Of a DNA stretch of 64,000 nucleotides, positions 12,099-21,774 are shown in pieces. The notes beneath the pieces were generated by a model. It worked only from the letters and a program-made list of their open reading frames with translations. It was not told the origin of the DNA and made no database searches. Each line of letters opens with the position of its first letter. The stretch's first letter is position 1. Both the position numbers and the translations under genes were made by a program. The stretch lies in assembly GCA_965242865.1 (NCBI GenBank), contig CBDETK010000013.1, positions 3,680,001 through 3,744,000 of the forward strand, in the 5' to 3' direction. Source of the stretch: Candidatus Latescibacterota bacterium (lineage in GTDB: Bacteria; Latescibacterota; UBA2968; UBA8231).

Positions 12099-13077
12099 AC
12101 GTGAGTTCGGGTTAACCGGCCTCTGCTTGGCTGGGCCCGTTGGTTTTTAAGGTAGGTTTTTTGGGTTGGTGGGCATAGGCAATTAATCCGCTGATGAGAT
12201 GGACCATAAAATTGATTGGGCTTCGATGTCTGGTATGCTCAATCTGGGCGATATTGTTGAGTTGGTTGATGATGGTTTCGATGAGGGTTCGTTTATGTAG
12301 CAGGCGTTGGTCTGCGCGGGACAGGGGGTGCTTTTTCATGTTGGATCGGGGCTTGGTACTCAAGCGGAGGGCGCTCTGTGCGTTCAGTTGGTGGCCTAGC
12401 GTGCTGGAAATATACCCTCGGTCGGCGACCAACGTGCCAAACAGGTCGCGCACCAAGCCGACCACGGGTCGGCGATCATCGACGTTGCCGGGGGTCAGCC
12501 CCCAGTTGAGCACTTGGCCTTGATCATTACAGACCAGATGGAGCTTGAAGCCGAAAAACCACCCGGTCGAGCGTTTGCCCCATTGGGCAAGGCCGGCAAA
12601 CAGACGGTGCTGGTGCTGGCGCGCTGCCGCATAGACCTCCAACGGCGTGGAGTCGATAAACGAAATCCCCGTGCAGGAGCCTTGGCATGGACGCAGATAG
12701 ACGCCTAACGGAATAAGAGCCGAAGGCATTAACTCGACAAAACGCCCATAGCGGACTAACCCCGGAAACGCCCCGCGTAGAGGCCGACAGACCTGCTGCT
12801 GGTAGAACGCCTTGAACGTGCGATACTGAGACGGGTGAAACCAAATCAACAAGGTCATGATCTCGCTCAAACAAAGGGAACCCGCCCGCCGACGCTGACG
12901 CCGCCCCGCCGTGAACTGGGCGCGTAGCCACGAAGGCTCAAAACCTGGGCAAAAATCATCGACAGGGCAAAACAGTTCAACTCAATTCATCGGGAGGGCT
13001 CCCGGATGGCTAAGGGGTATAGGGCTATACCTAAGTTTAGCCAAAAAGGAGACCCTCACCTTAACCCGAACTCACGT
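12099..13077 (-). mobile_element. IS982-family insertion sequence (979 bp)
   Basis: 17-bp terminal IRs ACGTGAGTTCGGGTTAA (12099-12115) and TTAACCCGAACTCACGT (13061-13077); 7-bp TSD TAATATG (12092-12098, 13078-13084); IS982 transposase inside. Confidence 0.92.
12112..12990 (-). pseudogene. IS982 transposase with nonsense codon at position 3
   Basis: ATG AAT TGA GTT GAA CTG TTT TGC..: MN*VELFCPVDDFC...LSEIMT...IDSTPL...GWFFGFKLHL...ADRGY...IET; frame otherwise open. Confidence 0.8.
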
Positions 13078-13081
13078 TAAT

Positions 13082-13687
13082 ATGGTAATTCAACTGCCAC
13101 CTGAAATTCGTGAGGACCTTGAGCGGTTAAAGGACGAAAGGGTTCTATCTTGTTCTTTTGATGATGTCTGGCCTAAGCTAGAAATATATCTATATCTCTT
13201 GAGTCGGTGGTCGAGAAAATTCAACCTAATTTCTCGACGGGAGTTGTCCGTAGTAGCAACCAAGCATCTGAGACAGGCGTTGATTATGGCTCCAGTGATA
13301 TCAAGCATCCCTCGTCGGTTGATTATGGATATGGGATCAGGAGCTGGATTTCCGGCTATTCCATTGAAGATCGTTATTCCAGACTCATACTTTGTTTTCG
13401 TTGAAGTCAGGAGGAAGCGGGCGCACTTTCTCAAGGAGGTTGTACGAACTGTGGGACTTGATAGCATAGAGGTTGTAAACGACCGGATAGAGAATTTGAG
13501 GCCCATGGGAGCGGATTTAGTCACTGCGAGAGCGGTGGCTTCTCCAGAGAAGCTGCTTGAGTTGGTACAAAGACATTTGTCTCCTCATGGTTGGATTCTT
13601 TCAACGCTTGGAGAAGATGCTGTCCATTCAGGGTTGTTGGCGTGGAGGATAGATCGGGTGGGAAGTAGCTTGGGGCTATTCCACTAG
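13082..13687 (+). CDS. rsmG: 16S rRNA m7G527 methyltransferase RsmG (GidB)
   Basis: W-x3-FNLIS, DMGSGAGFPAIPL, KRAHFL, VTARAV; the track's longer start lies inside the IS. Confidence 0.92.
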   Translation: MVIQLPPEIREDLERLKDERVLSCSFDDVWPKLEIYLYLLSRWSRKFNLISRRELSVVATKHLRQALIMAPVISSIPRRLIMDMGSGAGFPAIPLKIVIPDSYFVFVEVRRKRAHFLKEVVRTVGLDSIEVVNDRIENLRPMGADLVTARAVASPEKLLELVQRHLSPHGWILSTLGEDAVHSGLLAWRIDRVGSSLGLFH

Positions 13688-13763
13688 TTGATAGCACCGA
13701 TAGCCTAGCAGGACCTTGCTAATTCCAAATAATCGGGGATTCCGAGTGTAGTTTTACCCAGAC

Positions 13764-13935
13764 TTATCCACACTCAAGATTAAAAGAACAGCGAGATTTA
13801 GGCCCTTTGGGATACTTTATATGTCTAATTTTATCCAATAGATAGGCTATGATTTAGTGAGGTTATTGAGTAGAGTCGATAAGATATAATGTGGAAAACT
13901 TGCCCAAGAAAGTGGAAAACTCTATGGAAAATCCT
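13764..13935. promoter_or_regulatory. Second DnaA-box cluster
   Basis: TTATCCACA 13764-13772; TTATCCAAT 13831; TGTGGAAAA 13890; AGTGGAAAA 13911; TATGGAAAA 13923; AT-rich intergenic region. Confidence 0.65.
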
Positions 13936-14025
13936 TTGGAAGAAAAGGAAAAAACAAGTATATTTTTAATGATGCCCGATGGCGCGGTCTTCAATGCAAT
14001 GGCCTCTCAATACCTATAAAACAGG

Positions 14026-14649
14026 TTGTTTTTGCTAGATAAATATCTAAAAAAGTGGTGTTTGAGCGTCCTTAGACCGTTGGCGCATTTGTTTATTCGC
14101 TTGGGCTTCAGGCCCGATTGGCTAACTCTGATGGGATTAGTTATGAACGTAGGGGCAACTGCGGCTTTTGCTAAGGGTTACTTACAATGGGGGGCTCTCA
14201 TTATGATGGTTGCGGGTCTCTGCGACATCTTGGATGGACAAGTTGCAAGAGAAGGCCATAAGGAGACCAAGTTCGGAGCCTTATTGGATTCGACTACAGA
14301 CCGCTACTCTGAGATATTTATTTATTTTGGAATCGGTGCGTATTTGATCGGCCGCGACGAGTGGATTTCTTCGGGGATCCTCTTTTTTGCAATTACTGGT
14401 TCGCTGATGGTTAGTTATGTAAGGGCTCGTGCAGAGGGGCTGGGCGAGGACTGTAAGGTGGGCTTCATGCAGCGTCCTGAACGTCTAATCGCCTTGGCCT
14501 TAGGGAGCTTGGTGGGCCATCAGGGCTTGGTTTTTGTGCTGGTTTTACTGGCCGTTACGACCAACTATACGGTTGTTGAGCGCCTCGCTCACATTCGCAA
14601 CAGGTTGAAATCCGGTCCCAACTCACCCGCCTCAGTCCAGCAGTCCTGA
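14026..14649 (+). CDS. CDP-alcohol phosphatidyltransferase (PgsA/PIP synthase-like)
   Basis: DILDGQVAR...FGALLDSTTDR signature; VSYVRARAE, RPER. Confidence 0.9.
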   Translation: MFLLDKYLKKWCLSVLRPLAHLFIRLGFRPDWLTLMGLVMNVGATAAFAKGYLQWGALIMMVAGLCDILDGQVAREGHKETKFGALLDSTTDRYSEIFIYFGIGAYLIGRDEWISSGILFFAITGSLMVSYVRARAEGLGEDCKVGFMQRPERLIALALGSLVGHQGLVFVLVLLAVTTNYTVVERLAHIRNRLKSGPNSPASVQQS

Positions 14650-14688
14650 CAAGGGCTAATCGGGCTTTCTTGCGCTTCTCCTGCCATC

Positions 14689-15378
14689 GTGTCCCGGGGT
14701 CATTTCATCGTTTTTGAAGGAGTTGATGGCAGTGGAACTACAACCCAATCCCATATACTGGCGTCGTACTTAAGAGAAGCGAATTTTCCGGTTGTACTTA
14801 CCAGAGAACCAGGAGGGACGCCGATTGGAGAGCGGGTCCGCCGGCTTGTTCTCGACCCAATCGACCCAAAACAGGAGGCTATCTCCCCTCTGGCGGAGCT
14901 TTTCCTCTATGGAGCTGATCGGGCACAGCACGTAAAAGAGGTGATCCAACCGGCACTAGAGAAGGGAAAGGTAGTTATTTGTGATCGCTACATCGCATCA
15001 TCGTTAGCGTACCAAGGTTATGGACGCCGCTTAAATCTAAAAATGGTTGAGCAAGTCAATAATCTGGCAATAGGGAAATGCTTGCCGGAATCGACAGTAT
15101 ATTTGGACATACCCGTAGAAGTGGCTTGGGCACGAATAAGTCGCCAGTGGAATTTATTCTGCCAAGGGGATTCACTCTCTCCTCGCGCCGAGGATCGCTT
15201 GGAGGAAGTTGGTGGAGAGAAACTGCAAAGAAAAGTCGCCCAGGGCTACAAAAAGATCGCCGAGAGAGACGAGAGTGCCTTAGTTATTGACGCACGGCTC
15301 GGAATAGATCAACTGGCCGCAGAGATTCGGAACGCGCTACGCGAGCGGTCGCCTTGGTTTCCAGAGGAGAAAAAGTAA
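14689..15378 (+). CDS. tmk: Thymidylate kinase
   Basis: FIVFEGVDGSG, TREPGGT, DRAQH, CDRY, SSLAYQG. Confidence 0.95.
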   Translation: MSRGHFIVFEGVDGSGTTTQSHILASYLREANFPVVLTREPGGTPIGERVRRLVLDPIDPKQEAISPLAELFLYGADRAQHVKEVIQPALEKGKVVICDRYIASSLAYQGYGRRLNLKMVEQVNNLAIGKCLPESTVYLDIPVEVAWARISRQWNLFCQGDSLSPRAEDRLEEVGGEKLQRKVAQGYKKIAERDESALVIDARLGIDQLAAEIRNALRERSPWFPEEKK

Positions 15379-15380
15379 TC

Positions 15381-17231
15381 ATGCGACACATCCTAGTGGG
15401 CTTGATTTTTTTAGTTGTAAGTGGAGGCGTAATCCGCGCCGCGACTACGGAAGATCCGTATGCTGAGGTAAATGCCAGTTGGGAGCGTTTTGGGGCCGTG
15501 TATTCGCGCATTCTGGAAAACTATTACGCCCATCTGGACCAAGAGGAAGTGATGAGCGCAGCCATCAAGGGCATGCTCGGCCAGCTTGATACATATAGCG
15601 AGTTCTACGACGAGGAAGGTTTGCGCCAGTTGCGCCAAGACACGACCGGCAAGTTCGCGGGATTGGGGATTACGGTTGCAATAAAAGATCGTTTTCCCGT
15701 TGTAATTGCCCCTATCGAGGATACTCCCGCCTTTCGGGCGGGGCTGAGACCGGGCGACTTGATCGTCGCTGTTGAGGGCAAAAGTACCTTGGATATGCAG
15801 CTTGAGTCGGTCGTCAATGCGCTGCGCGGGGACCCTGGAACAAAGGTTGCAATCTCGGTCGCCACTCACTTGGGGGCACCGCCGCGCGAAGTTGAAATTC
15901 AAAGGGAAGTTATCAGGATCAAGAGCGTTGTGCTGGTAGAGGAGCTCAAAGGCAAAATCGGTTATGTAAGTATGCGTCGAACTCGTTTTTCCGAGCATAC
16001 CTCCAGTGAAGTAGAAGAGGCGGTAAAAAGCCTCCCACGGGTTGAAGGGCTAATTCTAGATCTGCGAGGAAACCCAGGGGGCTTGTTTAGTCAAGCTACC
16101 CAAGTTGCGGATTTGTTTTTGCCTCAAGGGGTGCCGATCGTTTCGATTAAGGAACGCGAAGGGGGGAGAGAAGAAGTCAAGTATTCCCGCCGTCAGTCTA
16201 TTGCACGAGACATACCTTTGGTAGTTCTGATTGACGAGGGCAGTGCCAGCGCGTCCGAAATCGTTGCTGGAGCTATCCAAGACAATGATCGAGGAGTGAT
16301 TGTCGGAGCGGCATCCTTTGGCAAAGGTTCGGTGCAGACCATATTCGACCTACGCGAGGAGGCGTCTAGTGCTTTGAAGCTGACGACGGCACTCTACTAC
16401 GCGCCAAGCGGGCGTAGTATCCACCGCGAACAGGATATAGCTAGGCCTGTGCATCGAGTTCTGTTCGGCGATAGGGAACTGCCGCATCAGTTAGTGATGG
16501 ACCTTATTTTGCGGTCAGATAATAGGATTAAGGCCCTTTCTGCACTCCAATCTCATTTTGATATGAATTCTGAGTCCGCAGAGAGCATTCTCTTGCTCCG
16601 TTTGGGCGATTTAGTGGGTCGATTCAAGATGGGGGAGGCCGGGTTGTTGGATAGTATTTCAAACCGAACTTATTATACTCAGCGAGGTCGCAAGGTCTTC
16701 GGCGGCGGCGGTATTAAGCCCGATATTAGTGTTGAGCAAGAACCATTCCCTCCCTACATACAAAAGTTAGAGCGTCGCCGGCTCTTCTTTGACTTTGTCA
16801 TAGATTATGTATCAACCGACTCGTCTTGGGCACAGGAACACCCAAGCTTGACCGTCAGCGATGAGATGCTTAAGGGTTTCATAGAGTTCGTCCGCACTAA
16901 AGACAGAAGTCTGGATCAAGGCCAAGAAGGGTTGAGCCAAATAGAAGAACTCGAGGACTTGGCCGAGGAAATGGATTGGGGTGAGGCTGCACAGGAGTTA
17001 GTCCATCAGCTAAGGGCAGCGGTGGAGCAGGAGTGGGAGCGGCGGTATAGCAGCAAGTTAGAACCTTACATAAAGAATGCTCTACGTCGAGAGCTAGTTT
17101 TGCGTTTCAGAGGAAGAAAGGCCCAACTTCTTGAAGAATTGCAGGAGGATATACAGCTAGCGAAGGCGATAGAAGTGCTGGGAGACCAAGACCAATATTT
17201 GGGGGTATTGGCCGCAGAAAAAGCGAAGTGA
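15381..17231 (+). CDS. Carboxy-terminal processing protease (S41 family)
   Basis: Signal peptide, PDZ GLGI, DLRGNPGG, SASASEIVAGAIQD, FGKGSVQ, GGGIKPD. Confidence 0.93.
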   Translation: MRHILVGLIFLVVSGGVIRAATTEDPYAEVNASWERFGAVYSRILENYYAHLDQEEVMSAAIKGMLGQLDTYSEFYDEEGLRQLRQDTTGKFAGLGITVAIKDRFPVVIAPIEDTPAFRAGLRPGDLIVAVEGKSTLDMQLESVVNALRGDPGTKVAISVATHLGAPPREVEIQREVIRIKSVVLVEELKGKIGYVSMRRTRFSEHTSSEVEEAVKSLPRVEGLILDLRGNPGGLFSQATQVADLFLPQGVPIVSIKEREGGREEVKYSRRQSIARDIPLVVLIDEGSASASEIVAGAIQDNDRGVIVGAASFGKGSVQTIFDLREEASSALKLTTALYYAPSGRSIHREQDIARPVHRVLFGDRELPHQLVMDLILRSDNRIKALSALQSHFDMNSESAESILLLRLGDLVGRFKMGEAGLLDSISNRTYYTQRGRKVFGGGGIKPDISVEQEPFPPYIQKLERRRLFFDFVIDYVSTDSSWAQEHPSLTVSDEMLKGFIEFVRTKDRSLDQGQEGLSQIEELEDLAEEMDWGEAAQELVHQLRAAVEQEWERRYSSKLEPYIKNALRRELVLRFRGRKAQLLEELQEDIQLAKAIEVLGDQDQYLGVLAAEKAK

Positions 17232-17292
17232 ACGGCGGGCGGTAAGCGGGGCTTTGTAATCGTCTGTACTCTGTATCATTTTATGACTACTA

Positions 17293-18178
17293 ACCAATGG
17301 TGCTAGTGTTTTATAATCCGAACTCGGCGATAGACAACGGGACGAATCCGTTTTCATCGGGTTGGAATCCATGCCACTGCACCAGCCGGTTGAAGGCGGC
17401 CATGGCAAAGCTCAGATGGGCGGTACAATACGCCCAAGCCCGATGGGTCTGCTGCTTAAAGCGGCGATTCGGGTGAGCATGGAAAAGACCGTCTCAATGA
17501 GCATCCGCTCGTTCCACGTGTTCCGAGGACAGACTTTCAGATTGGCCGGATCGCCGGCTTGGGCATGACAAGCCTGGGTCGCTGAGCAGGATCATCTTCT
17601 GTTGGAAGCGTCGGATCATGGGATGAAAGACCGAATCGTGGACTTATGCCGTATTCCAATCCCAATCAACGATCCGCCCCCACTGATTGACGATAACGCA
17701 GAGCTTACCGCCGACGATCCAGCGGTGATCGGAGAGCCCTTTCTTCCCGATGGAGTGCCGCGCACGGCCTTGACGCACCGGATGGATCAACTCGATGCCA
17801 TAGCGGTCGACCACCCCCAACGTCGTCGGCTCCGCTCGGAAGCGGTCGGTCCAATCGTCATGGGTGGCGAAGAGGCGGAACAAGCGGGGGCGCGACGGCA
17901 GGCGCGGGAACCAAGCCTGCCAGTCCCGCACCCGCCAGTGGTAAAACGCCCGTTTACCCCCGCCTTTGAGCGCATACAACATCCCTAAGGTGACCACCTC
18001 ACTGGGGTATAGGGACGCTTGCGGGTGTTTGGGCACGTCAAGCATCTGATTGTCAATGCGGTAGAACAGGGCTATTATAAACTCGGCCGTGGTCATCAGG
18101 ACGCTCCGTGGCTGAAAGGGTGGATACTCTCAGCGTAGGAACTACCATGACCACGGTCAATATACTAGCACCATTGGT
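17293..18178 (-). mobile_element. Decayed IS982-like element (~886 bp)
   Basis: IRs ACCAATGGTGCTAGT (17293-17307) and ACTAGCACCATTGGT (18164-18178); flanking repeat TACTA (17288-17292, 18179-18183). Confidence 0.8.
17311..18096 (-). pseudogene. Transposase pseudogene (internal stop plus frameshifts)
   Basis: MTTAEFIIALFYRID...SEVVT...WIVGGKL...WNTA* then VHDSVF..., frameshifted ERMLIETVFSML and AFNRLVQWHG...AEFGL*. Confidence 0.78.
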
Positions 18179-18201
18179 TACTAAGCGTGAGGGGGAGGAT
18201 C

Positions 18202-19725
18202 GTGCAAACAGAGATTTTTATCAACCAAGGCATTCACGAATCCCGTATTGCCATCTTAGAGGAGGGGCGTCTAGCCGAAGTATGGGTCGAAAGGCCCGAA
18301 AACGAGCGGACAGTGGGGGACATATACAAAGGGGTTGTAACGGCCGTTTTACCTGGCCTACAGGCTGCATTTGTCGAGATAGGCCACGACCGCGCCGCGT
18401 TTCTCCAAGTGCGCGATATGGTGGAGGCTGATAGAGGAGATACCGAGGGGGCGCGTAACGGACACCGCTCTCGCCAGCGCGGTTATCCTTGTATTCAAAA
18501 CCTAATCAAGAAGGGCGAAGAGGTATTGGTGCAAATCACCAAAGAGCCCATAGGCACTAAAGGTGCCCGAGTGACAACTCAGTTATCGCTTCCGGGTCGT
18601 TTTATGGTGCTGGTTCCGGGAGGTAGTTGGGTTGGTGTATCGCGCAAGCTCACTAGTCGGAACGAACGCAAAAGACTGAGAGATCAGGTATTCAAGATCA
18701 AACCCGATGGCTACTCAGTAATCGTGCGGACCGAAGGACAAAACCAGAGTGAGCGCGAGTTCAAACGCGATATGAAGCAGCTAGTGAAAAACCACGAGCG
18801 TCTGATCAAGACCAGCAGAAAGGTTGGAGCACCTGCCTTAGTGTACAAGGAAATGGGCATGACCTCCAGCGTAATACGCGACCTATTCACCGACAATGTG
18901 GAACGGCTAGTCGTCGATAGCAAAGAGCTATACAAGGAGATAACGGCTTATTTGCGACAAGTTTCACCTGAATTGCGTCAAAGGGTTGAGCTTTACCGAG
19001 ACCGTCGGCCCATTTTCGATAAATTCAATATTGAGGAAGATATTGAGAAGGCGACTAACCGCACGGTGTGGTTGCGGCGAGGCGGAGCCTTGGTCATTGA
19101 CTACGCCGAGGCGGGGACCTTTATCGACGTGAACTCAGCCCGTTATCTCGGCTCGGACAATCAGGAGGAAAACAATCTTCATACTAACCTAAAGGCCGCT
19201 CGTGAGATTGCCCGCCAGCTCAAGCTCCGCGACATTGGTGGAATCATCGTCATCGACTTTATCGATATGAATGAGGAGCACAACCGTAAAAAGGTCGTTG
19301 ACTGCTTGGTCAAGGAGTTCAAAAGGGATCGGGCGAAGGTCTCTATCAGCCCGAACATCAGCGAGTTTGGCTTGGTTGAAATGACCCGTCAGCGCGTCCG
19401 TCCAAATCTTTTGCACACTCACAGTGAACCTTGTCCCATTTGCAGCGGCACGGGCCGGATTATGGGGCCAGACACGACCTTGACTTGGATTGAACGCTGG
19501 CTTCAGCGTTCGTATGCTGCCACCCGCGAAAGACGCTATGTGTTAAAGGTCCACCCCGATGTGGCCACCTATATGCTAGAAAACCGCGAGGAACGGCTCA
19601 AGTCGTTGCGTAAGGCGACCAAAGCTCGCCTCCAAATTGAGACGGATTCCGCTTTGGGGCCTCAAGACTATCTTTTCTTTTCAACCAAACGCAACCTAGA
19701 CGTGACGGCCGAGTTTCGGGTTTGA
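18202..19725 (+). CDS. rng: Ribonuclease E/G family
   Basis: GDIYKG, QAAFVEIG, KEPIGTKGAR, DVNS, DIGGIIVIDFIDM, EMTRQR, CPICSG; GTG after GGAGG RBS. Confidence 0.95.
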   Translation: MQTEIFINQGIHESRIAILEEGRLAEVWVERPENERTVGDIYKGVVTAVLPGLQAAFVEIGHDRAAFLQVRDMVEADRGDTEGARNGHRSRQRGYPCIQNLIKKGEEVLVQITKEPIGTKGARVTTQLSLPGRFMVLVPGGSWVGVSRKLTSRNERKRLRDQVFKIKPDGYSVIVRTEGQNQSEREFKRDMKQLVKNHERLIKTSRKVGAPALVYKEMGMTSSVIRDLFTDNVERLVVDSKELYKEITAYLRQVSPELRQRVELYRDRRPIFDKFNIEEDIEKATNRTVWLRRGGALVIDYAEAGTFIDVNSARYLGSDNQEENNLHTNLKAAREIARQLKLRDIGGIIVIDFIDMNEEHNRKKVVDCLVKEFKRDRAKVSISPNISEFGLVEMTRQRVRPNLLHTHSEPCPICSGTGRIMGPDTTLTWIERWLQRSYAATRERRYVLKVHPDVATYMLENREERLKSLRKATKARLQIETDSALGPQDYLFFSTKRNLDVTAEFRV

Positions 19726-19806
19726 CAGAAAAATTCCGGCCTATATCTTTAGAAGTTTCTTGGTTGATGTTGATTGCGGAGCAATCTTAGCTTAGGAGCG
19801 CAATTC

Positions 19807-20124
19807 ATGTATGCAGTTGTCAATATCGCCGGCCATCAGATCAAAGTCGACAAAGGTCAGTGTCTGCGCGTACCTCGGCTTCAGGCCGAAGAGGGCAGCA
19901 CTCAGGAATTTACCGACGTATTGCTAATTTCCGGCGATGACGAGACTAGGGTTGGCAGCCCCACGGTTGAGGGGGCCAGTGTTTCGGCGACGGTCGTCGG
20001 CCATGGCCGCGCCGACAAGATAGTCGTTTTTAAGAAGAAGCGGCGCAAGAAATACCGGCGGCGCAATGGTCATCGCCAAGATTACACTGAGATTCGGGTC
20101 GAGGACATCGTTCTTCCGAACTGA
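19807..20124 (+). CDS. rplU: 50S ribosomal protein L21
   Basis: MYAVVNIAGHQIKV...FKKKRRKKYRRRNGHRQDYT. Confidence 0.97.
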   Translation: MYAVVNIAGHQIKVDKGQCLRVPRLQAEEGSTQEFTDVLLISGDDETRVGSPTVEGASVSATVVGHGRADKIVVFKKKRRKKYRRRNGHRQDYTEIRVEDIVLPN

Positions 20125-20147
20125 ACCGTGTGCGAAAGGACTAGGTA

Positions 20148-20402
20148 ATGGCTCATAAAAAGGGCGTCGGCAGTTCTAAAAACGGGCGCGATAGCAATGC
20201 CCAGCGTCTAGGCGTTAAGTGCTTTGGGGGACAGAGGGTCAGTGCAGGCACGATTATCGTGCGGCAACGCGGTACGCGCATTCATCCGGGCGTCAATGTC
20301 AAGAAGGGCGGGGACGATACGCTCTTCGCCACAATTGACGGGCAGGTGAAATTTGAGGCTTTTGGCAAGAAAGGCAAGCGGGTGAGTGTTTACGCTGTCT
20401 AA
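20148..20402 (+). CDS. rpmA: 50S ribosomal protein L27
   Basis: [16 protein letters not shown]...IIVRQRGT. Confidence 0.98.
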   Translation: MAHKKGVGSSKNGRDSNAQRLGVKCFGGQRVSAGTIIVRQRGTRIHPGVNVKKGGDDTLFATIDGQVKFEAFGKKGKRVSVYAV

Positions 20403-20447
20403 GAAGATGGTCAATAAATCATAACGCGAATAATCCATAGCATTGAG

Positions 20448-20482
20448 ACAGGCTCCGTCAGAATGATTGGGCCTGTTTTTTT
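20448..20482 (+). terminator. Intrinsic terminator after rpmA
   Basis: ACAGGCTC...GGGCCTGT stem followed by T-run. Confidence 0.6.
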
Positions 20483-20597
20483 AACTCTGTGTCTAGGTGG
20501 TTAGGGAATCCATGGCCTTGTGCATGCGTAGCCTAGAGCAGATAGATGGGCTTTAGCCGTCACGCTAGGCGGCTCCTGAATGGAGTAGATAATTCTC

Positions 20598-21755
20598 ATG
20601 AAAATTCACGAATATCAAGCCAAAAAAATTCTGCGCCAGTACCAAGTCGCCGTACCTAGTGGCTCCGTGGCCACGACAGCCGACCAAGCCGAACGCATGG
20701 CCGCCGAATTGGGTGGAAAGGTCGTAATTAAGGCCCAGATTCACGCTGGAGGCCGAGGCAAGGGCGGAGGGGTTAAATTAGCGACTAATCCCGAAGAAGT
20801 GCGCCAAGCGGCCAGCGAGATTCTCGGCATGCAGCTCGTTACTCACCAGACTGGTCCAGAAGGCCAAAAGGTCAAGCAAGTCCTAGTGGAGAAGGCCTCG
20901 AATATAGAACGCGAGTTTTACTTGGGCATCACCCTCGACCGGGCACAGAGTAAGCTGGTGGTTATGGCCAGCCAAGAGGGCGGAGTTGAGATTGAGGAGG
21001 TCGCCGCTGCGACCCCAGAAAAAATTCTCAAGGAAACGGTCGATCCTAGAGTGGGGCTACAGGCATTCCAAGCAACACGCCTAGCATTTGGGCTTGGCTT
21101 TGAAGGCAAGCAGGTTCGCCAAGCAACCCGTTTTATCCTTAGCCTCTACAGGGCCTATGTCGATGCCGACTGCTCGCTGGTCGAGATCAATCCCTTGGTG
21201 GTGACCGCCGACGGGCAGCTCTTGGCACTGGATGCCAAAATAGACATAGACGACAACGCGCTCTTCCGCCACCCCGACTTAGCGAAAATGCACGATGTGG
21301 ATGAAGAGGAGGAGTTGGAGGTCGAAGCAGCCAAATACGGTCTGAACTACATCAAGCTCGACGGCAATATCGGTTGTATGGTCAACGGTGCCGGATTAGC
21401 GATGGCCACTATGGACATCATCAAGCTCTCTGGTGCTGAGCCAGCCAATTTTCTGGATGTAGGCGGAGGGGCCAGTGCTGAGACCGTGGAAAATGGCTTC
21501 CGCATTTTGCTTTCCGACCCGAATGTAAAGGCCATACTCATCAATATCTTCGGAGGCATTGTGCGCTGTGACCGCGTGGCCGCAGGCGTGATTGAGGCGC
21601 GCAAAAATATTGAAGTCAATGTGCCTATCGTCGTGCGACTGGCCGGGACCAACGCGGATGTGGCTGCCGAGATGCTGGAAAACTCCGACATGGACTTTGC
21701 CGTTGGGCACGGGCTAAAAGACGCGGCGGCGATGGTTAAGGCGACTATTCCATAA
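20598..21755 (+). CDS. sucC: Succinyl-CoA synthetase beta subunit
   Basis: [45 protein letters not shown]. Confidence 0.98.
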   Translation: MKIHEYQAKKILRQYQVAVPSGSVATTADQAERMAAELGGKVVIKAQIHAGGRGKGGGVKLATNPEEVRQAASEILGMQLVTHQTGPEGQKVKQVLVEKASNIEREFYLGITLDRAQSKLVVMASQEGGVEIEEVAAATPEKILKETVDPRVGLQAFQATRLAFGLGFEGKQVRQATRFILSLYRAYVDADCSLVEINPLVVTADGQLLALDAKIDIDDNALFRHPDLAKMHDVDEEEELEVEAAKYGLNYIKLDGNIGCMVNGAGLAMATMDIIKLSGAEPANFLDVGGGASAETVENGFRILLSDPNVKAILINIFGGIVRCDRVAAGVIEARKNIEVNVPIVVRLAGTNADVAAEMLENSDMDFAVGHGLKDAAAMVKATIP

Positions 21756-21774
21756 GAGTAAGAGGAGTACAAGG

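Noticed and set aside
12982-12984. Selenocysteine recoding of the transposase TGA, given tRNA-Sec in the window
   Set aside because: No convincing bacterial SECIS hairpin downstream and the position is not a catalytic Cys
12911-13081. Extended rsmG N-terminus in the ORF track
   Set aside because: Lies inside the IS982; RsmG-like sequence begins at ATG 13082
17509-17525. parS-like GTTCCACGTG inside the decayed IS
   Set aside because: The right half is not palindromic; it is transposase coding sequence
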